Source: an uncultured virus (IMG/VR IMGVR_UViG_3300012001_000012)
Taxonomy: Duplodnaviria > Heunggongvirae > Uroviricota > Caudoviricetes
Reading direction: 5' to 3' (one strand)
DNA: 64,000 nt
IMG/VR virus record: IMGVR_UViG_3300012001_000012
How positions within the stretch are numbered: the stretch's first letter is position 1; every line of letters starts with the position of its first letter. The translations under genes and the position numbers were made by a program. Below, one piece after another: positions 41,401 to 50,453 of the stretch. The notes beneath the pieces are model-generated. The model saw nothing but the letters and a program-made list of their open reading frames with translations. It was not told the DNA's origin and did no database searches.

Positions 41401-43848
41401 GCGTCATTGATATTGGAGAAACTTACGTTCGGGGCTTCGGCATCTACATGGGCGACCCAAGCCCGTGGAAGCAGTGCCTCCACTGCCTGGCGATGCTGGA
41501 CCGGATCGACTGGGACGACTCCTTCAGCGCAGACGACTATGTCAGCTGGGAGCCGAGTGATTTGGAAGAGTTACGGGTGAGGGTCCACTACCTGAAGAAG
41601 TGGCGCAACGGCGCCGGCGAGCTTTACCCCATCCCCTTCCAGAAAGTTGAGACGTCATGAACGAGCACCCGCTGCCGTTGAGCAGGGAAGACCTGCAGTA
41701 CGAGATCGCCGAGCTGGAGAAGGCCTACCACCAGCGCTACCTGACCGACCCGGTGTTCCACGCCCGGAGCCGGATGATCGGGAACTTCCTGGACCAGCTC
41801 GAGTCCGTCCATCAGGCCGGGGACACGGAACGGGTCGGGTTCCTGATCGCGGCGGCGATGGAGAGGGCGCTCCCCCGGGAGGTGCAATCTGAGGCATGGG
41901 CCCGCGGAGTCTCCGACGCGATGCGGGCCGCGATCACCCGCACCGCACCCACCAACCCCTACCTGGAGGAATCATGAGCAGCAACCTGCCGGACGGCGTC
42001 ACCGACGCCCATGAGCACTTCAACCCCAGGGAAGGCAGTTTCGCGGTGGAGTGCGGCGCCGACGAGGCGCTGGTCGTCCCCTCGTTCGCCGTGAAGGCCG
42101 AACTGGCCACCATCCACGAGTACATCGGTCGGCAGGTGAAGGCAGGGCAGAACGGTTCGGAGATTCTGCTCGGCATCGCGAGCCGGCTGGTGCGGCTCAA
42201 GCAGCAGGTGGAGCGCCTGGAGCAGCTGCGCGAGTACGAGTGCGGCTTCGCGGACACCCTGGACCTGGCGGAATCCGAGTGCGCCCAGTGGGTGTGCCCG
42301 GCCTGCGGCAACGACCGGGAGACCGACACCCTCCCGGAGCGGCGCGATCCCGACGAGGCCTGGGACAGGAGAGGCGATGACGACTGAACGTGATGATATG
42401 GCCCTCGTCATCCAGATGTCCTGCCGGACCAGAATGTCTGACGAGACTGCCAGACATTATGCGGGGAACCTGATCCGCGCAGGCTACGGAGCTAAGGCCA
42501 CCCCGGCCACCGGAGCGCTGCCGCCGGCCAGGATCTCCCCGGAATGGAAGGATCTGGTGGCCAGCGCCGAGAACCTGGGCACTGCGCTGGCGCTGTTCAT
42601 GAACGCCAAGGACGACTTCGTCGCTATCTACCCGAAGGACAAACAATGACCAGCCCCTCACACCTGATACGGATCGTGTACCGGACGGACGCCACGGTCG
42701 AGGAACCCGAATATATCGGATCATTCTCCGATACCATCCCGGCCTCGGCGCTGGACCAGCGCCAGATAGTGCACGTTGACTGGTCCGTCCGGGGATGGGT
42801 GGAAGTTACTTTCCTGATCCCCGGGCGTTCGGACGTCAGCGGCAACGTCCCTTATCCGGGGGCGATCTGATGGCAGTCAGCCGCAAGACCACGATGTTCA
42901 TCTGCGGCGGGGACTTCACCCCCGCCGCACGGAGCACCTGCCCCAACCACGTCCACAACTGGCCGCTCGCCGCCGGGTACAACGAGGCCGGTGAGCAGGC
43001 CGCGCGCCGGCTGCGGACCGGCTGGTCCAACCCGCGCTGCCCGGACTGCCACCTGTTCGGCTGGACCCTCGGCATTCAGCACGAGACCGACACCTATGCA
43101 CCGCCGAAGGGAACCTTGTGAATATCGGATACATCGTCGTGGAGTTCAACCAGGCCTCCGGCCAGCCCGCCATCTGGGGTGACATGTACGAGGACCGCGA
43201 GGACGTCGCCGATCTCGCCCAGCAGTGCCGGGACGAGACGGCAGAGACCGGCCGGCGCGAACGCTACACCGTCGGCACCATCACTATCGAGGAGGAGGAA
43301 TGATGAACAGCAACCCGCACTACTACCCCGCACAGGACACCTCCGGGCAGGAGGCGCTGGTCCACGCCATCCTGGCGCTCGCCTTCGAGCAGCGCACCCG
43401 CACCCTGGTCGCCTACATGGCCGTGAACCCCGACGCGCTGGTCACCGACGCCGTCGACGTCACGGTCCGCGAGCGCCTGGGCCTGGCCCCCGACCCGATG
43501 AAGGTGAACCGTGATGGATGAGCTGTGGAACGACGCCTGCCCCTGCGGCCATGAATGGCGCGAGCATACGTGGAATGAGGGCGGGTGCGAGAACGGCTGG
43601 CTGTACGAGGGTCCCGACCCGGGGATCGCCACCACCGAGGGCTGCATGTGCCAGCTGGCCCACACCGATAAGAGCAGGCGCTGATGGCGCAGTGGCAGGA
43701 GTCCACGCTGGACTGCCAGGACTGCGGCGATGTGGTCCGTACGCTCACCGCCGCTGAAGCACAGGAGGTGGCAGAGCGGCCCTACGACTTCGTGGTCTAC
43801 TGCGTCCGGTGCAGGAATGACCGGAGGGCCAGCGCGTGGGTGAAGTGA
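38429..43848 (+). other. Run of about 19 small hypothetical genes, many with CxxC motifs
   Basis: Coupled ORFs, e.g. 38429-38773, 38770-39075, 39309-39704, 40042-40359, 40891-41334, 41331-41660, 41974-42387, 43514-43684, 43684-43848. Confidence 0.75.
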
Positions 43849-44252
43849 TCGAGTGGGAGCAGTGGATCCACAAGTCCATGGTCCTGAACCAGAACAGGCT
43901 CCCGCACTGGGGCAAGGGGAACCCGATCAAGACCGACCTGAAGCTCCTGGGCAAGGCCGCCGGCCGGAACCTCAAGCGCCGGTTCGTCAAGGTGAGGCTG
44001 GAGGTGGCCGTCTCCTACCCGACCGCGGCCAGCGCCGACGCGTCGAATTATTTTCCGACGATGAAGGCTTTCGTCGACGGCATGGTCGATATCCCCCCGG
44101 CGGTCAAGGGCCAGAAGCGGCTGCCCGCCCGCGGCTGCCTGGCCGACGACTCGGACGCCTACTTTGACGGCCCGCACCTGACCGGGTCCGGGGTCAAGAG
44201 TGGCCGGAAAGACTGGTTCCGGTTCGACTGCCGGCTCGAGGTCCTCGGGTAG
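43836..44252 (+). CDS. RusA-like Holliday junction resolvase
   Basis: DASNYFPTMKAFVDG ... LADDS acidic motif spacing. Confidence 0.7.
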   Translation: MGEVIEWEQWIHKSMVLNQNRLPHWGKGNPIKTDLKLLGKAAGRNLKRRFVKVRLEVAVSYPTAASADASNYFPTMKAFVDGMVDIPPAVKGQKRLPARGCLADDSDAYFDGPHLTGSGVKSGRKDWFRFDCRLEVLG

Positions 44253-44316
44253 GGGGTCGGGACCCCGACCCTGCTAGGCTGGTGGCGCGCAGTTTCCCCC
44301 AGTGACAGCGCACACA

Positions 44317-44362
44317 CAGAACCCCTCCTGCCGGATATGAGACCTCGGAAGGAGGGGTTCTG
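44317..44362. terminator. Hairpin at the convergence of the two arms, probable bidirectional terminator
   Basis: CAGAACCCCTCCT / AGGAGGGGTTCTG inverted repeat. Confidence 0.7.
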
Positions 44363-44400
44363 CATTTAACCCGGAGGGAGACGCTCCGGGAATCTGGGGC

Positions 44401-44426
44401 ACTTAACCGGTCTTATTGGCCCCTTA
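44401..44426. repeat. 26-bp direct repeat, copy 1
   Basis: ACTTAACCGGTCTTATTGGCCCCTTA; includes the stop codon of the 765-aa gene. Confidence 0.95.
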
Positions 44427-46721
44427 GTAGACGGTTCCGCTGTAGATGTTTTTCCAGTTGGTGCCGTTGGAGATAGCAGGGCCGGCACCGCACGCAAGGG
44501 CCGCGTTGGTGTTGTTCGCTTTGTCTCCGTTGGTCTTGGCCAGGATGGACAGGTCAACGGGCAGGTCGGATGCCGTCACGTGGATGACACCAGTGCCGGG
44601 TGCAGGGATCGCGGATGCTGTGTACCCTCCCCATCCGCTGCCCCTGACGTTGAGGTTACCGACCCCGAATACGCGGAAGGGTTGGTTGAGGCCGGACGCG
44701 AAGTTGACGTTCGCGTAGGAGACGTTGACGGTCCCGTCACCTGCCTGAAGGATGCGGTTGCAGCCGGTCATTGACAGGTTGGCGAGGTTGAGGTTGATGG
44801 TTCCGGTGTCGCCTGCCGGGGTGTCCAGGATCCTTGCAATTGCCGTGAGGATACCGCCCGCGACGTTGATGGTTCCAATGGGTGAGTTGCCGGTGACTTT
44901 GACCAGGATGCCTGAGTTGGTGTCTGCTGCCGTGTATGCGGGGTTGGTGGCGTTTAGCGTCCCGATGGAACCGCCCGTGAGGTTGATAACGTGGAACGTC
45001 GCTGCAACTGTTCCAGTGAGCCCATCAAGGTTCAGGGTGGTTAGAGTTGCGCCGCCCATGGTGATGACGTGGTTTGTTCCGGTGTAGTTCAACGATTTCA
45101 GCGAGAGTGTGCGCACCGTCCCGGCAAGCAGGGTTACCGCCGAAACGGTGCCGGCGTAGATTGCTCCGTGCACTTCAATGTCGCCCACATTGATGATGGA
45201 GTTGTTCATGGTGACAATTTCGGCTGCTGGTTTCGGGTCGCGAATTATCAGACGTTGAAGCCCTGTGCTGGTCTGCCCGGTAGTAGCGGAGATGGTGACG
45301 GTGCCGGTGTTTTCCGCGACGACGGTCCCCATGTTCTTGTGTTCAAGCAACACGTTTCCGTTGATGTTCCGAAGCATAATTTCAGGGAGCAGTACCGTGG
45401 AGAACGGCCCATCGACCGTTACCCCGTGGCCCGAACCGACCTGATCGATGTTTTCAACAATGACGTTCGTCAGCGTGTATCCGTCGTCAGTCCCGGACGC
45501 TGAACCAGCCGCCAACACGGCGCGTGTGGCGTTATTGGCGGTCACGTCCCGCACAGTGACGCTCTTGAAGTTTCCATGCACGTCGTCATAGGAAACGTAG
45601 TCGGTGCTGGTGAAAGCCACCACGTCATCACCGCCGTAGCGTACCCGGACGCGCTCCACCACGCCGTCAGAGCATGGCCCGGTCATGTGAACAGTATCGG
45701 AGGCGTTGGACGCCGCAAGAATATCCGCAACATGGAAGTCGGTAATGTCACCGATGGCGATCATGTATTTTCCGCCCGTTGATCCGGTGCGGAGGTTACG
45801 AATCTTGAGTTTATCCACGCGGCGCATGAGGATGGAGTGCGCCCCGTTGGCCCACCCGTTCACGGTGCCGCCCGTTGGGCCGCCTGCATTACGCTGCCAG
45901 GTTCCGCCTTCGATGGTGATGTTGCTGTCGCGGTTGTGGATGATCAGTGTTGCTGCCGATACGGTGGCGAAAGCTGCGGCGGACAGGACAGCAGTCGTGC
46001 TGTTGGTGACTGAAGCAATCGTGGTGTAGAGCGGCCCTGATGCCGGGGCTGCCCCGAGGACGCTAACCGTCCTTCCCACGTCTGCCGAAGTGAAAGCCGC
46101 CGTCGCTGACGTGAGGGTCGTTGACGCTGCGGTGATCGCTGCGTCCGTGACGCTCCTTAGCGGTGTCGCGTAGGCCGAGTTCTGCACCATGTTCCCGATA
46201 AAGGCCGACGTGACTGATGCGCCCGTCGCATCAAGGTATGTGTTCGAGGGTGTGATCAGTGGTGCCGTGATCGTGAGGCTACCAACGAGCCGCTTCACAC
46301 CGAGGGCACTGCCTGCCGCAATCCACGCATTGACGGCAGCGGTAGTGGTGGTGCTGTCTGCGGTGAGCTGGCTGGCATAAGTGGCAGAAAGTGCCCAGTT
46401 GGCCGGGGTGTAGGTTGCCCCGGAGGTGTGCGCCGCCAGCGCCGAGACCACATCGTTGTTCGGGGAGACCACCTGCGCCCCGGCGGCATAGGACGTGAGT
46501 GGCTGCCAGAGCAGTTCGGCGGCGCCGGGAATCTGGGCGACCGGCACCCGGCCCGCGGCGTCCAGGGTCGCGACACCGGAGGCCGCCCCCTTCTGGGAGG
46601 CGTCCAGCTTCAGCGCGATGGCCGCCGCCTTCGAGGCCGCCGGAAGGTTGCCGTCCAGGACTTTCACCTCCTGGGGCAGCGCAAGGTCATCGCCTACGCT
46701 GACGATATGGTCGGTCATCAT
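44424..46721 (-). CDS. Tailspike/minor tail protein, probable beta-helix (pectin-lyase-like) depolymerase
   Basis: GVATLDAAGRVP anchor, then repetitive beta-strand pattern (SNITIEGG, DTVH, GGDDVVAF). Confidence 0.7.
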   Translation of the reverse strand: MMTDHIVSVGDDLALPQEVKVLDGNLPAASKAAAIALKLDASQKGAASGVATLDAAGRVPVAQIPGAAELLWQPLTSYAAGAQVVSPNNDVVSALAAHTSGATYTPANWALSATYASQLTADSTTTTAAVNAWIAAGSALGVKRLVGSLTITAPLITPSNTYLDATGASVTSAFIGNMVQNSAYATPLRSVTDAAITAASTTLTSATAAFTSADVGRTVSVLGAAPASGPLYTTIASVTNSTTAVLSAAAFATVSAATLIIHNRDSNITIEGGTWQRNAGGPTGGTVNGWANGAHSILMRRVDKLKIRNLRTGSTGGKYMIAIGDITDFHVADILAASNASDTVHMTGPCSDGVVERVRVRYGGDDVVAFTSTDYVSYDDVHGNFKSVTVRDVTANNATRAVLAAGSASGTDDGYTLTNVIVENIDQVGSGHGVTVDGPFSTVLLPEIMLRNINGNVLLEHKNMGTVVAENTGTVTISATTGQTSTGLQRLIIRDPKPAAEIVTMNNSIINVGDIEVHGAIYAGTVSAVTLLAGTVRTLSLKSLNYTGTNHVITMGGATLTTLNLDGLTGTVAATFHVINLTGGSIGTLNATNPAYTAADTNSGILVKVTGNSPIGTINVAGGILTAIARILDTPAGDTGTINLNLANLSMTGCNRILQAGDGTVNVSYANVNFASGLNQPFRVFGVGNLNVRGSGWGGYTASAIPAPGTGVIHVTASDLPVDLSILAKTNGDKANNTNAALACGAGPAISNGTNWKNIYSGTVY

Positions 46722-46768
46722 CTACTCCTGAAGTGGAAGGGTGTGGCTGTTACTGAGAGCCTATCGAG

Positions 46769-46809
46769 CGCAGCCACTCCTCCAGCGCAAGGCCGGGGGA
46801 GTGGCTGCG
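46769..46809 (-). terminator. Hairpin between tailspike genes
   Basis: CGCAGCCACTCC / GGAGTGGCTGCG stem. Confidence 0.5.
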
Positions 46810-46817
46810 GTTGGTCA

Positions 46818-46843
46818 ACTTAACCGGTCTTATTGGCCCCTTA
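46818..46843. repeat. 26-bp direct repeat, copy 2
   Basis: Identical to 44401-44426; includes the stop codon of the SGNH gene. Confidence 0.95.
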
Positions 46844-48376
46844 TGGTGCCAGTGACGGCAGTTGTGCACAGATCGCGCTTGCCACATTGAGTGCAATGTA
46901 GTCGTGCCCTGCCTGTGTCGGGTGCACGTTGTCCGATGAGACGTACAGATCAGCGTTACCGTTGAATCGTTGGTTGGTGATGGTGAGTGTTACGGCGGCA
47001 GCCGTTGCGGTGGCGGCTACCGACAAGACGGCTGTAGTGGTGTTGGTGACGGATGAAATTACGGTATTAGCCGGAATGCCAGCGCCGGTTATGACCAGAC
47101 CAACATCTGCGGAAGTGAACGCGGCTGTTGCACTAGTAACAGTGGTAGACGCCGCCGTTGTAGCCCCGTCAGTAACGCTACGGTTAGTACCTACACGCCC
47201 GGTTCCGGTGATGATGGGTGATGGCACGAGCATGTCGGCGTAGATGAGGCTACGGTTTTGCGCCTGTGTCTTGATGGCTGCGGCGATGGCCAGCCTATTG
47301 GTTCCTGGGGTGTCGGTTGTCCAGAATGGCGAGACCACCACGATCAGCGCGTTAGGCAGTCCTGCGGCGATGGCGTCAAACAGGAGGCCTGCTTCTGTCC
47401 CGAGCTGCGTCGGGGTGTAGAGCGTGTCGGTGCTGTAGTCGTTGTACCCGCCACTGACAACCACGATGTCAGGGGCGAGTGCGGTCACGTCTGTTGCTAT
47501 CCTGTCCCGGAACTTGGGCAGGGTATTGGTTTTCAGGTAGCCGGTGCCCGGTGCGCCTGATGTGAGCGTGCGCCCCCATCCAAGCAGGTTGCCGAGTGTT
47601 GCGGCCCACGGGGACATGCCTGAGTCGGCGCCGGTTCCGGCGACGTAGGAGTCTCCCATGACAAGCCCCGTAAGGCCCCTGCGGCGGCTTGCGGTGAGTC
47701 CTGCTGTGGGGTCAATGCGGATGCTGTGAAAGAGCATGAATCCGTCAAATTCGATGCGGATGTGCCTGACTGCGCGGACCCCGGCGAAGTCGATCAGCCC
47801 ATATCGGACGTTGCCGCTGCCGCCCGCCAGTGTGGATGACGTAAGCGATGTGTATTGGCCGTTGACCATGACGCGGAGCTTGGTGGTGCTGTTTGTCGCG
47901 TATTTGAATTCACACCGTGAACCGTCGAGGGTGAATTCGACCGCCCATGGCTGGTAGTTCTGGCCGGAAACCCCGGCAATAGGTGACGTGTAGAAGTACC
48001 CAAACCCGTTATCAACGGGCGTTGGTCCCTGGATCAGGGCCTGCTGAGGCGTCTTGGTAACAACGCCGGTCACGATGGTTGCTGAGGCTGCTTCCAACGT
48101 GACAGTTGGCGGTGATGCCATGACGGCGTTCAGGTCATAGAAGTTCTTCTGCTGGTTCCTGAGCATGGCCCGGACGGCGTTGTACTTGGCGTAGTTGGCC
48201 TTGATCGTCGGGTAATCGGGTGCCTGGTAGTTGAGCCCGGACCATACGGTGGTGCCGTCCCCGACCTTGCGGAGCTTGGTGTCCGTCTCCCATCCGGGTT
48301 CCCCGAGGGCGAGGACCGGGTTTGCTGCCGTCCAGTTGGCGGCGGTGTCCCTGCGGTACTGAATCCTGTTTGCCAT
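46841..48376 (-). CDS. Minor tail protein with Mtd_N-like anchor and SGNH/GDSL esterase
   Basis: RIQYRRDTAANW..GEPGWETDT..GDG; GDSY, GTGY, GGYND, DNVHP blocks. Confidence 0.85.
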   Translation of the reverse strand: MANRIQYRRDTAANWTAANPVLALGEPGWETDTKLRKVGDGTTVWSGLNYQAPDYPTIKANYAKYNAVRAMLRNQQKNFYDLNAVMASPPTVTLEAASATIVTGVVTKTPQQALIQGPTPVDNGFGYFYTSPIAGVSGQNYQPWAVEFTLDGSRCEFKYATNSTTKLRVMVNGQYTSLTSSTLAGGSGNVRYGLIDFAGVRAVRHIRIEFDGFMLFHSIRIDPTAGLTASRRRGLTGLVMGDSYVAGTGADSGMSPWAATLGNLLGWGRTLTSGAPGTGYLKTNTLPKFRDRIATDVTALAPDIVVVSGGYNDYSTDTLYTPTQLGTEAGLLFDAIAAGLPNALIVVVSPFWTTDTPGTNRLAIAAAIKTQAQNRSLIYADMLVPSPIITGTGRVGTNRSVTDGATTAASTTVTSATAAFTSADVGLVITGAGIPANTVISSVTNTTTAVLSVAATATAAAVTLTITNQRFNGNADLYVSSDNVHPTQAGHDYIALNVASAICAQLPSLAP

Positions 48377-48657
48377 TAGATAGCGCTCCCGCCGTCGAAG
48401 TTGAATGTTCCGGTGTAAACGAAGGTCGCATTGCCCCCGTCAAGGGTTACTGGTGCCACGGATGTAATGAGGGCATAAGTGGAATTATTTGCCGCATCAT
48501 CGGAATGGTAGACCAGCGCCGACCAGGCGCTGACCCCGTCGCCGATCTTGTACTTATCCGTCTCGGTCTCATAGCCGGGCTCGCCGGCAGCGAGGACCGG
48601 GTTTACTGCGGTCCAGTTGGCGGCAGTGTCGCGCCGGTATTGGATTCTGGTGGTCAT
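48376..48657 (-). CDS. Short minor tail protein (Mtd_N-like domain only)
   Basis: Close paralog of the first ~50 aa of 46841..48376. Confidence 0.75.
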   Translation of the reverse strand: MTTRIQYRRDTAANWTAVNPVLAAGEPGYETETDKYKIGDGVSAWSALVYHSDDAANNSTYALITSVAPVTLDGGNATFVYTGTFNFDGGSAI

Positions 48658-49259
48658 GCTGTTCCTCCGTTGATGCTGGTGGTGAAGATGGTGGTGGACG
48701 CCGTGCCGCCGTCATAGACCTGGACCGGGCTCGGCGCGGATGAGATCAGGTACAGGCCCAGGTGTGCCGGGTCCGGGGTCAGGATGGTGACCACATCAAG
48801 GCCCAGCTCCAGCAGGGTCACCTCGCCGGTCAGTCCGGCAATGGAGGTCACCGGCAGGATCGGGGCGATCGAGGGGACCGGGGCAGCCGTCCCGGTCGGG
48901 ACCAGCGCCAGGTCCACCGCGGTCTGGCCGGTGAGGATCTGGAAGTCCCGGTCCGGGAAGTTCCGGCGCTGGCCGTCCTTCTCGTACACGATCTTCGCGG
49001 TGTAGTACCAGCCGGTGAATGCGTTGCCGTTCCCGTCCTGGAATCCGGCCTGGTCCGTGTACGGCAGGTAGACCTCGAAGTCGATTCCGGGGTCCAGTTT
49101 CCGGGAGTCCACAAAGTTCCCCACCGGGGTCCCGGTCGCCTCCCAGACCAGGGACGTCGACGGGGAGATGGTGATGAACAGCGACCCGGCATCGCCGACG
49201 AAGGACACCGGCGCGTCCATGTGGACCAGCGCGGTGGTGATGCCTGCGGGGATACTCAT
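48654..49259 (-). CDS. Probable minor tail protein
   Basis: In the tail operon; VTSIAGLTGEVTL fibre-type motif. Confidence 0.65.
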   Translation of the reverse strand: MSIPAGITTALVHMDAPVSFVGDAGSLFITISPSTSLVWEATGTPVGNFVDSRKLDPGIDFEVYLPYTDQAGFQDGNGNAFTGWYYTAKIVYEKDGQRRNFPDRDFQILTGQTAVDLALVPTGTAAPVPSIAPILPVTSIAGLTGEVTLLELGLDVVTILTPDPAHLGLYLISSAPSPVQVYDGGTASTTIFTTSINGGTA

Positions 49260-49287
49260 AAGGTTCCTTTAGCTGGGGCCCGGACGG

Positions 49288-49644
49288 TTACGGCTTGGCG
49301 TCCGGGGAGAAGAACGGGGCGTAGGTGCGGAACCAGGTGATGACCCTGGTGTCGGCCATGACCCGGGCCGCGATCGCCGCGATCAGGGTCAGCGCCGCTG
49401 TCACGGACACCAGCACCGCATAGATTCCCGGCGGCAGCTGGCGGCCGAATCCGTCCAGGATCGACTGCAGCAGCTGCGGCAGGATCACCAGCAGCCCCAG
49501 CGCGGCGACCGGACCGACCTGCAGGGCGGTGCGCCAGAACGCCTTCACAGGGGCGATCGCCGGCTGTGCCGCAGCGGCCGGCAGCGCCAGGTGGGCCGGG
49601 ACGTGATCGGGAGCGGGAGCGGGGATGGTGGGTTCAACAGACAT
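49288..49644 (-). CDS. Holin-like membrane protein
   Basis: Two TM helices, WRTALQ motif. Confidence 0.6.
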   Translation of the reverse strand: MSVEPTIPAPAPDHVPAHLALPAAAAQPAIAPVKAFWRTALQVGPVAALGLLVILPQLLQSILDGFGRQLPPGIYAVLVSVTAALTLIAAIAARVMADTRVITWFRTYAPFFSPDAKP

Positions 49645-49716
49645 TTGGGATCTCCTCGGTACTGGCGGCGGCCGTGATGTCCACGGGCCGGGATGGGTGG
49701 CGCTGATTCATGCGCC

Positions 49717-50214
49717 CTAACCTTTCAATGCGAAGATAAAACCCACCACGCCGAGAACTATCGACGCCACCAGGCCGATCAGCGCAAGCCGGTAATTGGC
49801 CTGGGCGCGGGTGGTGGTGTTGACCTGCTCCCCGCCGTTCGTCTGCCCCTGCTGCTTATTGATGTAGTCGTAGAGGGGCTTGATCTGCCCCTCCAGTTTT
49901 GTGGCAACCTCGGTGATGGAGTCCGCCAGCTTCTCCAGCTCGCCACGGAACCGGTCGGGATATCCGACGCGCTCGTTCTCAAACTGGGCGCGGAGCTTGT
50001 CGGCGTTTTCGTCCTTGTAGGTCTGGATTTCACGGGCCAGGGCAAGCGCCGCCTTATCTGCCTCGTTCTTGATCTCCAGCGCCTTTTCGCGTTCGATGGC
50101 GACCTCCGAATACCGGCGGTCGCGTTCCTGTTCAAACCGCTTGTCCGCGTCACGGACAGTCTGCAGGTGCTCACGCAGCGTGACTGTCTCCGGTGCGGTC
50201 AATGTCTTAGCCAC
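49717..50214 (-). CDS. Coiled-coil protein with C-terminal TM helix
   Basis: Start probably GTG 50214; hydrophobic C-terminus. Confidence 0.65.
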   Translation of the reverse strand: MAKTLTAPETVTLREHLQTVRDADKRFEQERDRRYSEVAIEREKALEIKNEADKAALALAREIQTYKDENADKLRAQFENERVGYPDRFRGELEKLADSITEVATKLEGQIKPLYDYINKQQGQTNGGEQVNTTTRAQANYRLALIGLVASIVLGVVGFIFALKG

Positions 50215-50218
50215 CGGC

Positions 50219-50377
50219 TTACTGCGCATCCGGGGCGGGGGTGCCACTGTTGTGCTGGGCGATGACGGCATTGGCATCCTCGAGGGCGACCTGGGTCATG
50301 GCCAGTTCGACCTGCGTGTTGGAAAGCGCGATCGTCAGCTTCTGAATGACCCGGTTCGGATCTACGTTGTTTGCCAT
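50219..50377 (-). CDS. Small 52-aa protein (MANNVDPNRVIQKL...)
   Basis: Read manually; RBS GAGGGAG. Confidence 0.65.
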   Translation of the reverse strand: MANNVDPNRVIQKLTIALSNTQVELAMTQVALEDANAVIAQHNSGTPAPDAQ

Positions 50378-50453
50378 GCTGTCTCCCTCAGTGCCATGTT
50401 TTCTGTAAGTTTATGGGTTCAAAGCCGTACAGCTTCGCATTGCCGCTTCAGGA

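Noticed and set aside
16295..44271. Palindromic repeats as a CRISPR array
   Set aside because: Spacing is irregular (85 bp to over 4 kb), the intervals are genes, and there is no cas operon.
44401..44426. 26-bp repeat as a prophage attL/attR or a canonical dif
   Set aside because: The copies are only 2.4 kb apart within phage tail genes, no integrase is seen, and arm spacing is 5 bp short of canonical dif; kept only as a dif-like candidate.
46841..48657. Diversity-generating retroelement suggested by Mtd_N-like domains
   Set aside because: No reverse transcriptase and no TR/VR pair with adenine-specific differences seen.
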